Source: an uncultured Verrucomicrobiae bacterium
Lineage (GTDB): Bacteria > Verrucomicrobiota > Verrucomicrobiia > Chthoniobacterales > JAFAMB01
Reading direction: 5' to 3'
Length of the DNA stretch: 64,000 nucleotides
NCBI GenBank assembly: GCA_963837955.1
Contig: CAWIPH010000002.1
Coordinates: 4,640,001 to 4,704,000, forward strand
The first letter of the stretch is position 1. The number at the start of each line of letters is the position of its first letter. This document shows positions 40,907 to 51,648 of the stretch, one piece after another. Both the position numbers and the translations under genes were made by a program. The notes beneath the pieces were generated by a model, which was not told the DNA's origin, did no database searches, and saw only the letters and a list, made by a program, of their open reading frames with translations.

Positions 40907-41545
40907 GTGAGCACCCTCGACCGCAAACAACCGCGACTGGGCCTGATCGACTACGGCTCCGGTAATCTACGTAGCGTTACCAAAGCGCTAGAATCGGTTC
41001 GGTCCCACATTCAAAGGATTGCAAGCGGACCGATTCCCCAAGACCTTGACGCGGTGGTCCTACCAGGCGTGGGATCGTTCGGGGACTCCGTCAGACAACT
41101 CCAGAAGCGGCGCCTATTTGATCCTCTGCTCGATTGGTTGGAAGCTGGAAAACCGTTTTTGGGGATCTGTCTTGGCTATCAACTCCTCTTTGAACATAGT
41201 GAAGAAACGCCAAATGTACGAGGACTTGGCGTTTTGGCTGGCCAGGTTCGCAGGTTCGCTGGTCCGAATCTCAAGGTTCCGCAGATCGGATGGAACACGG
41301 TGCGTTGGAGTGCGCAAACTCTGAAGCGATATCCCGGGTTACCGGCGGATCCTTTTGTGTATTTCGTTCATTCCTATTATCCGGTGCCCGTAGATTCTAC
41401 CACAGTCGCAGGGACAACCAATTACGGCGGGGAGTTCGCGTCGGCCGTAGCCAAGGACAAGCTTTTGGCGACTCAATTTCACCCGGAAAAAAGTCAGACT
41501 GCTGGTCTCAAAATCCTCAAAACTTTCGTCGCTTCCCTTCCATGA
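40907..41545 (+). CDS. hisH: Imidazole glycerol phosphate synthase glutaminase subunit
   Basis: IDYGSGNLRSV, LPGVG, GICLG, YFVHSY, QFHPEKS. Confidence 0.96.
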   Translation: MSTLDRKQPRLGLIDYGSGNLRSVTKALESVRSHIQRIASGPIPQDLDAVVLPGVGSFGDSVRQLQKRRLFDPLLDWLEAGKPFLGICLGYQLLFEHSEETPNVRGLGVLAGQVRRFAGPNLKVPQIGWNTVRWSAQTLKRYPGLPADPFVYFVHSYYPVPVDSTTVAGTTNYGGEFASAVAKDKLLATQFHPEKSQTAGLKILKTFVASLP

Positions 41546-42288
41546 TCATTCTTCCCGCAATCGACCTATTGGACGGCCAGGTGGTTCGCTTACGGCAGGG
41601 CCGGCTCGATCAACGCACGGTGTATCCCGAGGACGCGCTATTTTACGCTTCGCGCTGGGAGGAAGAAGGCGGTAACTGCTTGCATGTGGTAGACCTAAAC
41701 GCGGCGTTCACCGGCGAGCACCGCAATCTGAAACTGATCGAAAAGCTGGTTTCCATCCTCAACATTCCGGTCCAGGTCGGAGGCGGAGTGCGTTCGCTCG
41801 ACTCTGCTAAAGAGCTACTCGGAGCGGGCGCCGCCCGCGTGGTTGTTGGAACCCGTGCGGTCGAGGATAGAGGTTTTGTCGATGATCTGGTCAAGACCTT
41901 TGGGGGACAAAAGGTCGCCGTCAGCGTCGACGTGAAGGAGGGAAAAGTAGCAGTCAGAGGGTGGGCCGAGGTGAGGGAGCTCAATGCTCTCGAATTTGTC
42001 CAACAAATCGATGGTGCAGGAATCGCCTCGGTAATCTTTACTGACATTGCGACCGACGGGATGCTTTCCGGCCCGAATTTTGCCGCTTTGGAAAAAGTGC
42101 TGGCGGTTGCTCGCTGCGAAGTGATTTCCAGTGGAGGAGTCGCCAATATCGAGCACATCAAACAGTTAGCGGCGATTCCCGGGCTTCATGGAGCGATCGT
42201 GGGAAAAGCATTGTTCGACGGTACAATCGACCTGGCAGAAGCCGTTGCCGTTGCTAACGCCATATCAGACGCCAAAGGGGCCGTCTAG
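41542..42288 (+). CDS. hisA: ProFAR isomerase HisA
   Basis: ILPAIDL, LHVVDL, VGGGVR, TDIATDGMLSGPN. Confidence 0.95.
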   Translation: MIILPAIDLLDGQVVRLRQGRLDQRTVYPEDALFYASRWEEEGGNCLHVVDLNAAFTGEHRNLKLIEKLVSILNIPVQVGGGVRSLDSAKELLGAGAARVVVGTRAVEDRGFVDDLVKTFGGQKVAVSVDVKEGKVAVRGWAEVRELNALEFVQQIDGAGIASVIFTDIATDGMLSGPNFAALEKVLAVARCEVISSGGVANIEHIKQLAAIPGLHGAIVGKALFDGTIDLAEAVAVANAISDAKGAV

Positions 42289-42396
42289 CCTAGAATCTGG
42301 AATCTAGAGGCAGTTCATCTCAAGCCGTCATCAATGACGATCCGAGGGCGTCTGCTCGTTGTCACGGGGATCCTGCTGTCTCCCGACTCCCTTCGA

Positions 42397-44568
42397 TCAG
42401 CGTCCCGCTGTCCGCGGAGATTTCGAAAGATCTACGAGATCAGTCGCAATATTCAGCGTCTCCCGCCGGATTGCGTCCGAGTCCAAAGAAGTCCCGTTAT
42501 CGTCCTCAACCGCCGCATTCGGATCGGTAGTGTTTGAACTGTTTTCCTTTTGATCTTTTTGCGCCGGGGTTTTCTCGATTAGTTTGAGCTGCGGTTTATC
42601 AACGTCGGCGAGGGACAATTCAAAGCGTTTGTCATGGACCTGCGCTCCCATTTTCTTTTCGTCCGCCTGTTCTTTCTGCTTTTGGGCATTGTCCTTGTCG
42701 AGCTGCTCTCGGCGCAGCTTTTCGTTCAGTGACAAGCGATTGCTCTTCAGCCGATCCTTCAGCTCCTTCACGTCTGTGATAATATCTTGAAACGATTGAT
42801 CTTGGCCGAGCCGGTTGTTCGAGCGCTTTTTCAAATCGTCGATATAGAGCTGCTTATGGTTGTTGGCGATATCGATCGCCGCTGGTTCGACCTCATCATA
42901 TGGAAGCGGACGTTCCAGAGCGGATTCGCCAATTTCGGAATTATCAGACAGGGACGGAAGAACGACATCGGAACTAACTCCGTGTAACTGCGTCGATCCA
43001 CCGGCAACGCGGTAGAATTTCTGGACGGTCAGCTTCAAGGCGCCCGCGTCGTTGCCCGATCCTCCCAACAAGGGAATAAACCGCCCCAGTTCTAGCAACG
43101 TTTGAACCGTGCCTTTTCCGAACGTGCTTGAGTCTCCTACGATTACGGCCCGCCCGTAATCTTGCAAGGCAGCGGCAAAGATCTCACTAGCCGAGGCGCT
43201 GAGCTTGTTCACCAAAATGACGAGAGGACCATTGTAAGCCACCGACGGATCACGATCCTTCAGGACCTCGATGTCGCCGCCCGATTCCTTGACCTGCACA
43301 ACGGGACCTTGGGTAATAAACAACCCAGTCATCTTAATCGCTTCGTCGAGCGATCCTCCGCCGTTTCGGCGAAGATCGATCACCAATCCCTGGATGCCCT
43401 CCTGATCCAGTCTCTTGATCAAAGCAGCGACATCACGCGATGTGCTCTTGCCGGTACGAGACCGTTCCATGTCTTGATAGAACGAAGGCAAAGTAATCCA
43501 ACCCAGCTTTTGGGAGGTACCATCTGGTAATGTTCGATCGATCAACTCGGCCTTCGCCTCTTGCTCGGTGAGTTTCACATTGTCGCGCACCAGCTCGATC
43601 ACCTTTCGCTTAGAAGGATCGGAAGTATCGGAAGGAATAACCTGGAGGCGTACGGTGCTGCCCTTTTTACCCCGAATCAGTTCGACGACTTTTTCCAGTT
43701 TCATGTCGACCACGTCGACAAAGTTATCCTTGCCTTGGCTGACCGCGGCGATCCGGTCGCCCACGCTTACTTTGCCGCTCATTTGGGCGGGTCCGCCCGG
43801 AATCAGGCGCTCAATCTTGGCGTAGCCATCTTCAACTCGCAGCTCGGCGCCAATGCCCGTGAGAGACAAGCGCATATTAATCTCAAAGCTTTCGAGGTCG
43901 CCTTTTCCGAGATATTCGGAATGAGGATCGTAAGTTTGGGCGACCGCGTTCAAGAAGAGCTGCAACACATCATTGTCATCGCGCTCTTCCAGATTCTTCA
44001 CTAGCTGATCATAACGCTTAGAGACAGCCTTCGGGCCCGGATCAATGGCAAACTTGTTCAACTTTTCCTGAAGAAGCTCTCCTTCGATTCGATCCCGCCA
44101 AAGGTTATCAGCATCCTGCTCGTTCGCTGGCCATGGCTCTTTGCGGCGATCAAGGGCGACCGTGCGGGTGCTCTTAAAGCCAAAATTTTCGTTAACCAGT
44201 TTGCGGATCTTCGCGGCGCGGCTTTCGACTCGATCTTTAAATGTGGCGTAGATGTCGCGAGCGGGCTGGATATTTCCGACGATCAGATCTTGATCCAAAC
44301 TTGGATCATATTTCTGATGGATCTTATCGATGTCTTCCTGGGTAAAAAACAGCTTGGTGTAATCGAGGGTCTCCAAATAGGTGTCGAGCACCTTGCGGCT
44401 CATGTTCGCATCTAGTTTTTGCCTGGTGAAATGAGCCTGTTCAAGCAATTTGGAAACCGTGATTGCGACCTGGCGCGAATCAACGGTGTTTGATTTAAGT
44501 TGCCCGAAACTAAGCGTCGCCACCGATACAAGCGAAAGCGAGACGCCGAGATATTTTAGAATTTTCAT
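42397..44568 (-). CDS. prc: Carboxy-terminal processing protease (S41A, Prc/Tsp)
   Basis: DPHSEY, PDZ domain (GIGA), DLRRNGGG, SASASEI, TFGKGTVQ. Confidence 0.92.
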   Translation of the reverse strand: MKILKYLGVSLSLVSVATLSFGQLKSNTVDSRQVAITVSKLLEQAHFTRQKLDANMSRKVLDTYLETLDYTKLFFTQEDIDKIHQKYDPSLDQDLIVGNIQPARDIYATFKDRVESRAAKIRKLVNENFGFKSTRTVALDRRKEPWPANEQDADNLWRDRIEGELLQEKLNKFAIDPGPKAVSKRYDQLVKNLEERDDNDVLQLFLNAVAQTYDPHSEYLGKGDLESFEINMRLSLTGIGAELRVEDGYAKIERLIPGGPAQMSGKVSVGDRIAAVSQGKDNFVDVVDMKLEKVVELIRGKKGSTVRLQVIPSDTSDPSKRKVIELVRDNVKLTEQEAKAELIDRTLPDGTSQKLGWITLPSFYQDMERSRTGKSTSRDVAALIKRLDQEGIQGLVIDLRRNGGGSLDEAIKMTGLFITQGPVVQVKESGGDIEVLKDRDPSVAYNGPLVILVNKLSASASEIFAAALQDYGRAVIVGDSSTFGKGTVQTLLELGRFIPLLGGSGNDAGALKLTVQKFYRVAGGSTQLHGVSSDVVLPSLSDNSEIGESALERPLPYDEVEPAAIDIANNHKQLYIDDLKKRSNNRLGQDQSFQDIITDVKELKDRLKSNRLSLNEKLRREQLDKDNAQKQKEQADEKKMGAQVHDKRFELSLADVDKPQLKLIEKTPAQKDQKENSSNTTDPNAAVEDDNGTSLDSDAIRRETLNIATDLVDLSKSPRTAGR

Positions 44569-44658
44569 GCCCCGAAACGAGTACAGATTGACAGAAGAAT
44601 TGCTGAACACCATTTTTGCGGCCGCCTTAGCCGGCCTTGCAAGCCAGTTTCTCTCAAT

Positions 44659-45282
44659 ATGATCGAGTTTCAAACCTTTATTGGCGGTATCTTCGAAACC
44701 AATGCTTACTTGGTGGCTGCCCCGGGGGGAGCGATTCTTTTCGACGCTCCGACCGGAACTCGTGAGTGGCTAGAGGAAATCCGCGGTCGACCGGATCTCC
44801 TCTTGATCACGCATGGCCACCTCGATCATATCGATGATGCACACGCGGTCAAAGAACGATTTCGCTGCAAAGTGGGTTATCACCCCGATTCTGTACCCCT
44901 CATTACCGAACCGGGCTTCTTCAAACAGCTTGGGTTTTTCTTGGAGGTCACCCCGACAAAAGCTGATTTCTTGATCGATGAGACGAGTTCCCGCGACTTC
45001 TTGGGCCTCAATTTTCAAATATTCTTAGTTCCCGGCCATTGTCCCGGTAGCCTCTGCTTCTATTTGCCTGAAGAGAAGATTCTCTTTGGGGGTGACGTTC
45101 TTTTTGCTGGGAGCGTCGGCCGGACGGATTTACCGGGCTGCGACCACGAGGCCCTCATTTCGAATATTAAGCAGAAACTTTATCGGCTTCCGGACGAAAC
45201 CAAAGTGCTTCCGGGCCATGGACCAGCTACGACCATCGGGTACGAGAAGCGCCACAATCCTTTCGTCCGGGGGAACGACTAA
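44659..45282 (+). CDS. MBL-fold metallo-hydrolase (GloB/YcbL-like)
   Basis: THGHLDH, PGHCPG, GDVLF, PGHG. Confidence 0.92.
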   Translation: MIEFQTFIGGIFETNAYLVAAPGGAILFDAPTGTREWLEEIRGRPDLLLITHGHLDHIDDAHAVKERFRCKVGYHPDSVPLITEPGFFKQLGFFLEVTPTKADFLIDETSSRDFLGLNFQIFLVPGHCPGSLCFYLPEEKILFGGDVLFAGSVGRTDLPGCDHEALISNIKQKLYRLPDETKVLPGHGPATTIGYEKRHNPFVRGND

Positions 45283-45689
45283 AGGAGAGATGCCGGGGCA
45301 AGGATCAGTTGTCCTTCCGCTACCAACTCGCGATTGACGCGGGCTTCGACGGCACATTGCACCAACCCGTTGACCTCACCTACCCGTTTGGCCGACAGAC
45401 GAATCTCCTCCCGGGGTCGAATCGGTCGTAAGAACTTCATCGCGCGGATAGCAGTGAGCAGAAACATCTTTCCGGGTCCACCAATTGCAATCCCAGCAGT
45501 TTGGGCCAGGGCCTCAGTGAGCAGCACACCCGGCACAATTGGATTTCCAGGGAAATGCCCCTGAAAAAATGGTTCCTCTCCGCCGAATTGCTTGCGAGCT
45601 TCGGCCCATACGCCTGCCTCAACGTTGTCTACCTCGTCGATAAAAATGAAAGGGAATCGATGTGGTAGGCCAAGGCTCAATGGATCCAT
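45279..45689 (-). CDS. 3-hydroxyacyl-ACP dehydratase (FabZ/FabA family)
   Basis: LPHRFPF, FFQGHFPGNPIVPGVLLTEALAQ. Confidence 0.88.
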   Translation of the reverse strand: MDPLSLGLPHRFPFIFIDEVDNVEAGVWAEARKQFGGEEPFFQGHFPGNPIVPGVLLTEALAQTAGIAIGGPGKMFLLTAIRAMKFLRPIRPREEIRLSAKRVGEVNGLVQCAVEARVNRELVAEGQLILAPASLL

Positions 45690-45759
45690 ACTGGTGAGGG
45701 AGTCTCTTCAAAATCCGCGCGAGTTGCAACCAGCACCCAACCGCCCGAGATTAGAGACT

Positions 45760-46989
45760 GTGAATTTCGCCGGATTAGCAGATCGGTATCGCACCGATTT
45801 CCCGATTCTATCGCAAAGCGTCAATGGCCATCCCCTAGTGTACTTGGACAACGCGGCCTCGACTCAGCATCCCAATGCCGTGATCGAAGAATTGGCGAGA
45901 TATTATCGCGAGGACCACGCAAATGTACACCGCGGGCTACACACCTTGAGCAGCCGTGCGACCGCGCTGTACGAGAAGGCAAGAGAACGCGTGGCCCAAT
46001 ATCTCAATGCCGAGCGATCCGAGTCCATCGTCTTTACCCGCGGAACCACCGAAGCGATTAACCTGGTTGCCGCCACCTGGGGTCAGCAATTGAAAACCGG
46101 GGAAGGGATTCTGCTCACAGAAATGGAGCACCACGCAAATCTGATCCCCTGGCAAATTGTGGCGAAGCGGACGGGAGCGAAGCTGCATTTCATTCCGGTT
46201 GAAGGAGATGGCGAAGTAGATTGGTCACAGCTGGAAAAGTATTTCCGCGACAATCCGATCCGTCTGGTCGCGCTCACGCACATTTCCAACTCTCTCGGCT
46301 GCGTTAATCCGATCTCAGAGGTCTGCCGCATCGCAAAAAAGAACGGTGCTGTGACTTTGATTGACGCAGCGCAAAGCGCTGGTCATTCGCCGCTGGATGT
46401 TCGCGCGATAGGATGCGATTTCCTAGCCCTTTCTGGACATAAATGTTGTGGCCCGACGGGCATCGGAGTCCTTTACGGACGGCCGGAGTTACTCCATAAA
46501 ATGGAGCCCTATCAGTGTGGTGGGGAGATGATCGTGAGCGTCAATTTCGAGTCTGCACAATGGAAACCGCCTCCGTACCGCTTCGAAGCTGGCACGCCGC
46601 ACATAGCCGGGGCTATCGGACTGGCTAAGGCTTTCGATTACCTTGACAGCGTCGGTAGACCGGCGATCGAGCAGAGCGATCATTATTTCGGGTGTGCCAC
46701 CGCGGACAGACTGCGAGAAATTCCGGGTCTTCGTCTTCTTGGTCCCAGAGGCGACCGAGCGGGAATCCTCAGCTTTCAGTTAGGGAGTATACACGCGCAC
46801 GATTTGGTTGCCTTTGCAGACCAACATGGAATCGCGCTTCGGGGCGGGCATCACTGCAATCAACCGTTGACGCGAAAACTCGGTTTGATCGCCACGGCAA
46901 GGGCCAGCTTTTATTTCTACAATACGGTTTCAGAAATTGACCGGCTGGTTACTGTTCTCCGCGAGGCTATCAAATATTTCGGGGAGTAG
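45760..46989 (+). CDS. sufS: Cysteine desulfurase SufS
   Basis: YLDNAAST, ANVHRG, SGHK (PLP Lys), RGGHHC; GTG start. Confidence 0.93.
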   Translation: MNFAGLADRYRTDFPILSQSVNGHPLVYLDNAASTQHPNAVIEELARYYREDHANVHRGLHTLSSRATALYEKARERVAQYLNAERSESIVFTRGTTEAINLVAATWGQQLKTGEGILLTEMEHHANLIPWQIVAKRTGAKLHFIPVEGDGEVDWSQLEKYFRDNPIRLVALTHISNSLGCVNPISEVCRIAKKNGAVTLIDAAQSAGHSPLDVRAIGCDFLALSGHKCCGPTGIGVLYGRPELLHKMEPYQCGGEMIVSVNFESAQWKPPPYRFEAGTPHIAGAIGLAKAFDYLDSVGRPAIEQSDHYFGCATADRLREIPGLRLLGPRGDRAGILSFQLGSIHAHDLVAFADQHGIALRGGHHCNQPLTRKLGLIATARASFYFYNTVSEIDRLVTVLREAIKYFGE

Positions 46990-47433
46990 ATGGATTTCGA
47001 CGAGTTATACCAGGAGATTATCCTGGATCATTGTAAACGCCCGAGAAACAAGGGAACTCTTCCTCCTCCGGCCACCCACGGTTCTGGATTCAACCCAGCT
47101 TGCGGAGATGAAGTCACCGTGTTTGTCCGTCAATCGCCGGAAGGCCGGATCGATGAACTCGCGTTCGAATCGCAAGCCTGCGCGATTTGCACGGCTTCAA
47201 CGTCGCTAATGACCACCCAGGTGAAAGGGAAAAGTCGGGAACAAGCGCTCGCTCTCCAACGACGGTTCATCAATTTTTTGACCAAGGATATTCCAGAGGA
47301 AGGCCTCGGTAACCTTCAAGCTTTGGCGGGCGTCAAAAAATTTCCGCAGAGACTGAAGTGCGCAACCCTCGGCTGGCACGCGCTGGAGGTCGCATTGAGC
47401 GGGACTGAACGCGAGCCAGTGACATCGGAATAG
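46990..47433 (+). CDS. sufU: SufU (NifU-like) scaffold
   Basis: LYQEIILDH, NPACGD, CAIC, RLKCATL. Confidence 0.92.
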   Translation: MDFDELYQEIILDHCKRPRNKGTLPPPATHGSGFNPACGDEVTVFVRQSPEGRIDELAFESQACAICTASTSLMTTQVKGKSREQALALQRRFINFLTKDIPEEGLGNLQALAGVKKFPQRLKCATLGWHALEVALSGTEREPVTSE

Positions 47434-47466
47434 GTCGGGCTACTGAGGCGGCAGGAACACCCATGG

Positions 47467-47489
47467 TAGGTAGGTGTCGCCTACCTACG
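47467..47489. terminator. Hairpin between convergent sufU and MFS gene
   Basis: GTAGGTAGG-tgtcg-CCTACCTAC perfect inverted repeat overlapping the MFS stop codon. Confidence 0.5.
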
Positions 47490-49194
47490 AAGCTGAATCT
47501 CCGACTTGGGGGGTGCCCAAGTCCAGCGGACTGCCCGGCATGGTCGAAGGATGCGCTTCCAAAATCCGATGACTTAGCACCTCCCGGTTAACACACAGGT
47601 AGATTCTCTCCTCTGGACGATTTTTCCCAAGGTGCATTGACCAAACAACATCCAACATTTCTTTTTCGCTTTGCGTCAATCGCTCCTGTTGAAGGAGGTG
47701 CTCATTCCAGGAAGGAACCATCATTTCGAGACGGAAAGTGTTGAAACGCTCGAGGTCCTCATGCAGACGCCAGCTGAAAGCTCCGTTCCGGAGATGAATC
47801 AGGCGTACATCGCGCATCTTCCGCATAAAATCGCTGCCCCGGGTATGATCGACTTCGAATTCGACAGTGATCGAAACCGGCCCGTCGTGCGCCCGAGGGA
47901 CATGAATCAGCCGGTGAGCATGCCCAACAACCGGCGCCGGGTGGAAGTCCAGATCGGAGATAAAATTGATCGAAAGAGGTATAGTCAGCAGCAAGCTGAG
48001 TAGCAGTACACCCGCTGCCACCAGTAAGGTTTGGCTGATCCCTAAGGTGCTAGCACTATAACCCCAAACCACTCCACCGAGCGCCAGCGCTCCTTGCGAG
48101 ACCATAATGACGCTCGCATTCATTCTTCCGCGCGCCCACGAGGGCATCGCGCGCTGACCGGCTACCCACAACTCCGAGGCCGCCAGGGTCCAGCCCACTC
48201 CAGCAAACGCCGCTACCAACATGAAAATGACGGGGTTGCGGACCAGTGCCATCGCCAAATAGACGAGAACGACAACGAGATTGGCCAACAAAATCAGCGC
48301 GTTAGAGGAAAGGTGATCGCGTGCTCTCGGAACAACAAAGACTGCTCCAAAAACTGATCCCGCGCCCATGAAAGTAAACAGTAGGCCGAGGCTGGAAGGC
48401 TGGAAATTCAGCTGCTTCAACCCGACGACCGGCATCAGTGCAGGAATAATGGAGATAAAGAACGCAAACAAGACATTGCGGGCCAGGACGACCTGGATGC
48501 CAGGGGCATACCGGACATAACGAATCGCTGTGGTGAACGACTCCAAAAAATTTTCCAGGGGCAGCTTGGAAGTTGTGACGTTGCCCTTCCAACGAAGGAT
48601 AGCGAAAATCACTATGAGGAAACAAATCGCGTTTAACGTGAATAGCCAATTAGGCGCGAAGAAACGCAGCAGGAGTCCGCCGATAGCCGGGCCAATAATC
48701 CCCGAAATGTTGAGCTGAAGCCCCCCCAGCGTCGCCGCCGAAGGCAGCTCTTCGTTGGTGACGATTTCCGGAACTACAGCGGCCCAGGCCGGCGAGTTGA
48801 AGGCGAAACCGACACCAGTGAGAAACACGCAGGCCAATATGATCCAAGGGTTCAAGAGGCCTAGAAAACCAAATACAGCCATTAACGCCGCGGCGCCGGC
48901 GAGCCAAAAATTCATGACTAGCATCAACTTTCGGCGATCAACCATATCGGCTAGGGCGCCAGCGGGGAGGGTGAAAAAGAAGAAAGGAAGAGAAGCTACC
49001 GTTGACATCAACGACAGGAGAAACGCTGACGGACTCAACATATTCATTACCCACGTCGCTGCGGTATCGTGGGCTGAGACACAGGTGCCGGAAAGGAGCG
49101 TTGCCAACCAAAGGTTCCGATAGATCGGATTACGGAGTGCCGTAAAAGTGGAGCTTTGGGCCATGCGCTTTGGGGGGAGAGCGATCTCTGCCAA
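47485..49194 (-). CDS. MFS transporter (MFS_3/DUF894 type) with C-terminal soluble domain
   Basis: GALADMVDRR, about 12 TM segments, RLIHLRNGAFSW...SWNEHLLQQER. Confidence 0.9.
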   Translation of the reverse strand: MAEIALPPKRMAQSSTFTALRNPIYRNLWLATLLSGTCVSAHDTAATWVMNMLSPSAFLLSLMSTVASLPFFFFTLPAGALADMVDRRKLMLVMNFWLAGAAALMAVFGFLGLLNPWIILACVFLTGVGFAFNSPAWAAVVPEIVTNEELPSAATLGGLQLNISGIIGPAIGGLLLRFFAPNWLFTLNAICFLIVIFAILRWKGNVTTSKLPLENFLESFTTAIRYVRYAPGIQVVLARNVLFAFFISIIPALMPVVGLKQLNFQPSSLGLLFTFMGAGSVFGAVFVVPRARDHLSSNALILLANLVVVLVYLAMALVRNPVIFMLVAAFAGVGWTLAASELWVAGQRAMPSWARGRMNASVIMVSQGALALGGVVWGYSASTLGISQTLLVAAGVLLLSLLLTIPLSINFISDLDFHPAPVVGHAHRLIHVPRAHDGPVSITVEFEVDHTRGSDFMRKMRDVRLIHLRNGAFSWRLHEDLERFNTFRLEMMVPSWNEHLLQQERLTQSEKEMLDVVWSMHLGKNRPEERIYLCVNREVLSHRILEAHPSTMPGSPLDLGTPQVGDSAS

Positions 49195-49278
49195 ATTATT
49201 CCGGAGAATACAGGTCTCGACGAAAAAGCCAAATGCGATTGTGATGAGAGATGCGTCGGAAATCGCGAACCGAAAGGT

Positions 49279-50928
49279 CTAACCAGATCGAACCTCTGCT
49301 GGTTCCACCTCGATCGGCACGCTAGAGCTCCTCCGCCGCAGGAGCTCTCTGTTCACAGACAGATAGTGCTTCACAACCGGCTCTCCTTCGCCGCGGTGAA
49401 GTCTCCACACCTTTTCCCAGGTATTCAGTTCGTTCTTGGTCATTCGCTCGTGCTGCTGCAAATGTTCGGACCAGGATGCAACCAACATTTCCATCCGGAA
49501 GTGATTTGGCTTTTCCAGATCTTCGTCTAGCTGCCACCGAAACGCCCCATTGCGTAAGTAGGTTAGCCGCATCTCGCGCATGAGCTGAAAAAACTTCCAT
49601 CGATCAGCCGGCGCAATTTCGAACTCCATAGTAATGACCACTGGTCCGTCGGACGGTTGCGGCGCTCGAAACATGCGGTGGTAATGGGTCGATAGAGGCG
49701 CAGATTCCAGATTCAACTGTTGGGTAAAATCGATCGAAAGCGGGAAAGCGAGGGGCAGACTAAAGAGAAGAAATAGTGCCGCCGCCAGGAGCGCGAACTT
49801 CACACCTAACGTTGCAGCCAAGCCTCCCCAAACTAGACCTCCCAGAGCGATACCACCCTGGGATACCATCATATGAGTGGCGTTCATCCGTCCGCGCGCC
49901 CAGTTGGGCATAGCTCGCTGACCCGCGACCCAGAGTTCCGCAGCGGTCAAGGTCCAACCAAACCCGGCTAGCGCCGCAATTAGCCAAAAAATTCTAACAT
50001 CGGACACGAGGGCCATCAGAACGAACACAGCTACTAGGAGGAAGTTCGCAACAATGGTGAGCGTATTCGCGGAGAAACGCGCGCGAGCCTGCGGGATCAC
50101 CAAAACCGCTCCAACAACCGAGCCAATCCCCATAGAGGTGTAGAGGAAGCCTAGGCCTCGCGAATCGAGGTTTAGCACTCGTAAACCAACCACCGGCAGT
50201 AGCGCTGGAATGACAGAAATGAAGAAGGAAAAGACAACGTCTCGTGCCAAAACAATCTGGATCCCGGGCGCGTAGCGAACATAACGAGCCGCACTGGCAA
50301 ACGCCTCGAGAAAATTCTCCAGCGGCAGCCTGGGTTGCAAATTTGACCTTTTCCAGCTCAATATCGCGCCGGTTACCAACAGGAAGCAGAAAGCGTTCAG
50401 TGCGAACACAATGGAAGCTCCAAATTGCATCAGCAGGAACCCGCCGAGCGCGGGGCCAATGATACCGGCCAAATTCAGCTGAAGACCGCCAAGCGTCACC
50501 GCCGAAGGCAGCTCGGCAGGCGAAACAATTTCCGGAATCAGTGCCGACCAAGCCGGAGAATAAAAGCTAAAACCGACGCCAGCACAAAAAACGGCCACCA
50601 GAATGACCCATGGACTCAACGCGTTGAGAAAACCGAATATTGCCATCATTCCCGCCGTGGAAGCCAACCAGAGGTTCATCACGGAGAGGATTCTTCGGCG
50701 ATCGACCATGTCTGCTACGGCGCCAGCCGGTACCGTAAATAGAAAGAACGGCAGTGAAGCCAAGGTAGACATCAGCGAGATCAGGAACGGCGAGTCGGAA
50801 AGCGTGTGCATCATCCAGGTCGCCGCTGTATCGTGAGCCGACACACAACAGCCCGAAATGACGGTTGCGATCCAAAGCCGACGGAAAGTTCGATTTCGCA
50901 GCGAAATCCAAATGGAACTGCTACTCAT
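49279..50928 (-). CDS. MFS transporter (MFS_3/DUF894 type), paralog of the adjacent gene
   Basis: CVSAHDTAATW, GAVADMVDRR, SWSEHLQQHER. Confidence 0.9.
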   Translation of the reverse strand: MSSSSIWISLRNRTFRRLWIATVISGCCVSAHDTAATWMMHTLSDSPFLISLMSTLASLPFFLFTVPAGAVADMVDRRRILSVMNLWLASTAGMMAIFGFLNALSPWVILVAVFCAGVGFSFYSPAWSALIPEIVSPAELPSAVTLGGLQLNLAGIIGPALGGFLLMQFGASIVFALNAFCFLLVTGAILSWKRSNLQPRLPLENFLEAFASAARYVRYAPGIQIVLARDVVFSFFISVIPALLPVVGLRVLNLDSRGLGFLYTSMGIGSVVGAVLVIPQARARFSANTLTIVANFLLVAVFVLMALVSDVRIFWLIAALAGFGWTLTAAELWVAGQRAMPNWARGRMNATHMMVSQGGIALGGLVWGGLAATLGVKFALLAAALFLLFSLPLAFPLSIDFTQQLNLESAPLSTHYHRMFRAPQPSDGPVVITMEFEIAPADRWKFFQLMREMRLTYLRNGAFRWQLDEDLEKPNHFRMEMLVASWSEHLQQHERMTKNELNTWEKVWRLHRGEGEPVVKHYLSVNRELLRRRSSSVPIEVEPAEVRSG

Positions 50929-51153
50929 ACGATGACGAACGAGAAATCATTCAATGAAAATCATCCAATAATTAGGCGGATTGCGGACTCTCGCTCATGG
51001 TAGTGCAGGACGACAGATCCACAATCTGTTCTCCTAGCTCGTGATGCAACCCGAAGGCGCCGCGGCTCGGCTCAAAACATAGAATTTCATGGTGGGTCAC
51101 CGGATATGGAGAAGTGAAGTTGACTGAGAAAGCGCAGCACAACGAGAACACTT

Positions 51154-51609
51154 ATGACGAAGTACACTTATCTGGCGCCGTTGGTTTTCCTACATCTCCT
51201 GACGGTGTTCGCGCAGACCGTTGTTGCAGTAGAGCCGATCCAGCCAAGTGTCTCACTGCCGCCGAAGTTGGCCGGAGTTATCGCAGATTATGAGAGCGCC
51301 TGGAGGGGGAAGGACTCGGCCGCCCTGGCAAGACTTTTCAGCGAGGATGGCTTTGTTTTGTCGCCCGGAAATCCCATGGTGCGGGGTCGTAAGGCGATCC
51401 AACGGTTCTACGCCGGGGCTGGCGGACCGTTGTCTCTGCGCGCTGTCGCCTTTGCCACCGAGGGGAACCTGGGCTACATCATTGGCGGGTTTAGCCCTGG
51501 CTTTGGCCTCCCCGATCGCGGGAAATTCACTCTCACCCTTCGCCGCGACCCGTCAGGGCGATGGCTGATCATGTCCGATATGGACAACGGAAACACTCGT
51601 CGCTCTTAA
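51154..51609 (+). CDS. Secreted NTF2/DUF4440-like protein
   Basis: Signal peptide; YESAWRGKDSAALARLFSEDG, VRGRKAI, GKF...GRWLI. Confidence 0.8.
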   Translation: MTKYTYLAPLVFLHLLTVFAQTVVAVEPIQPSVSLPPKLAGVIADYESAWRGKDSAALARLFSEDGFVLSPGNPMVRGRKAIQRFYAGAGGPLSLRAVAFATEGNLGYIIGGFSPGFGLPDRGKFTLTLRRDPSGRWLIMSDMDNGNTRRS

Positions 51610-51648
51610 AGATCCATTAAGACTCAGCGCCCATCCCGGAGCTCCACT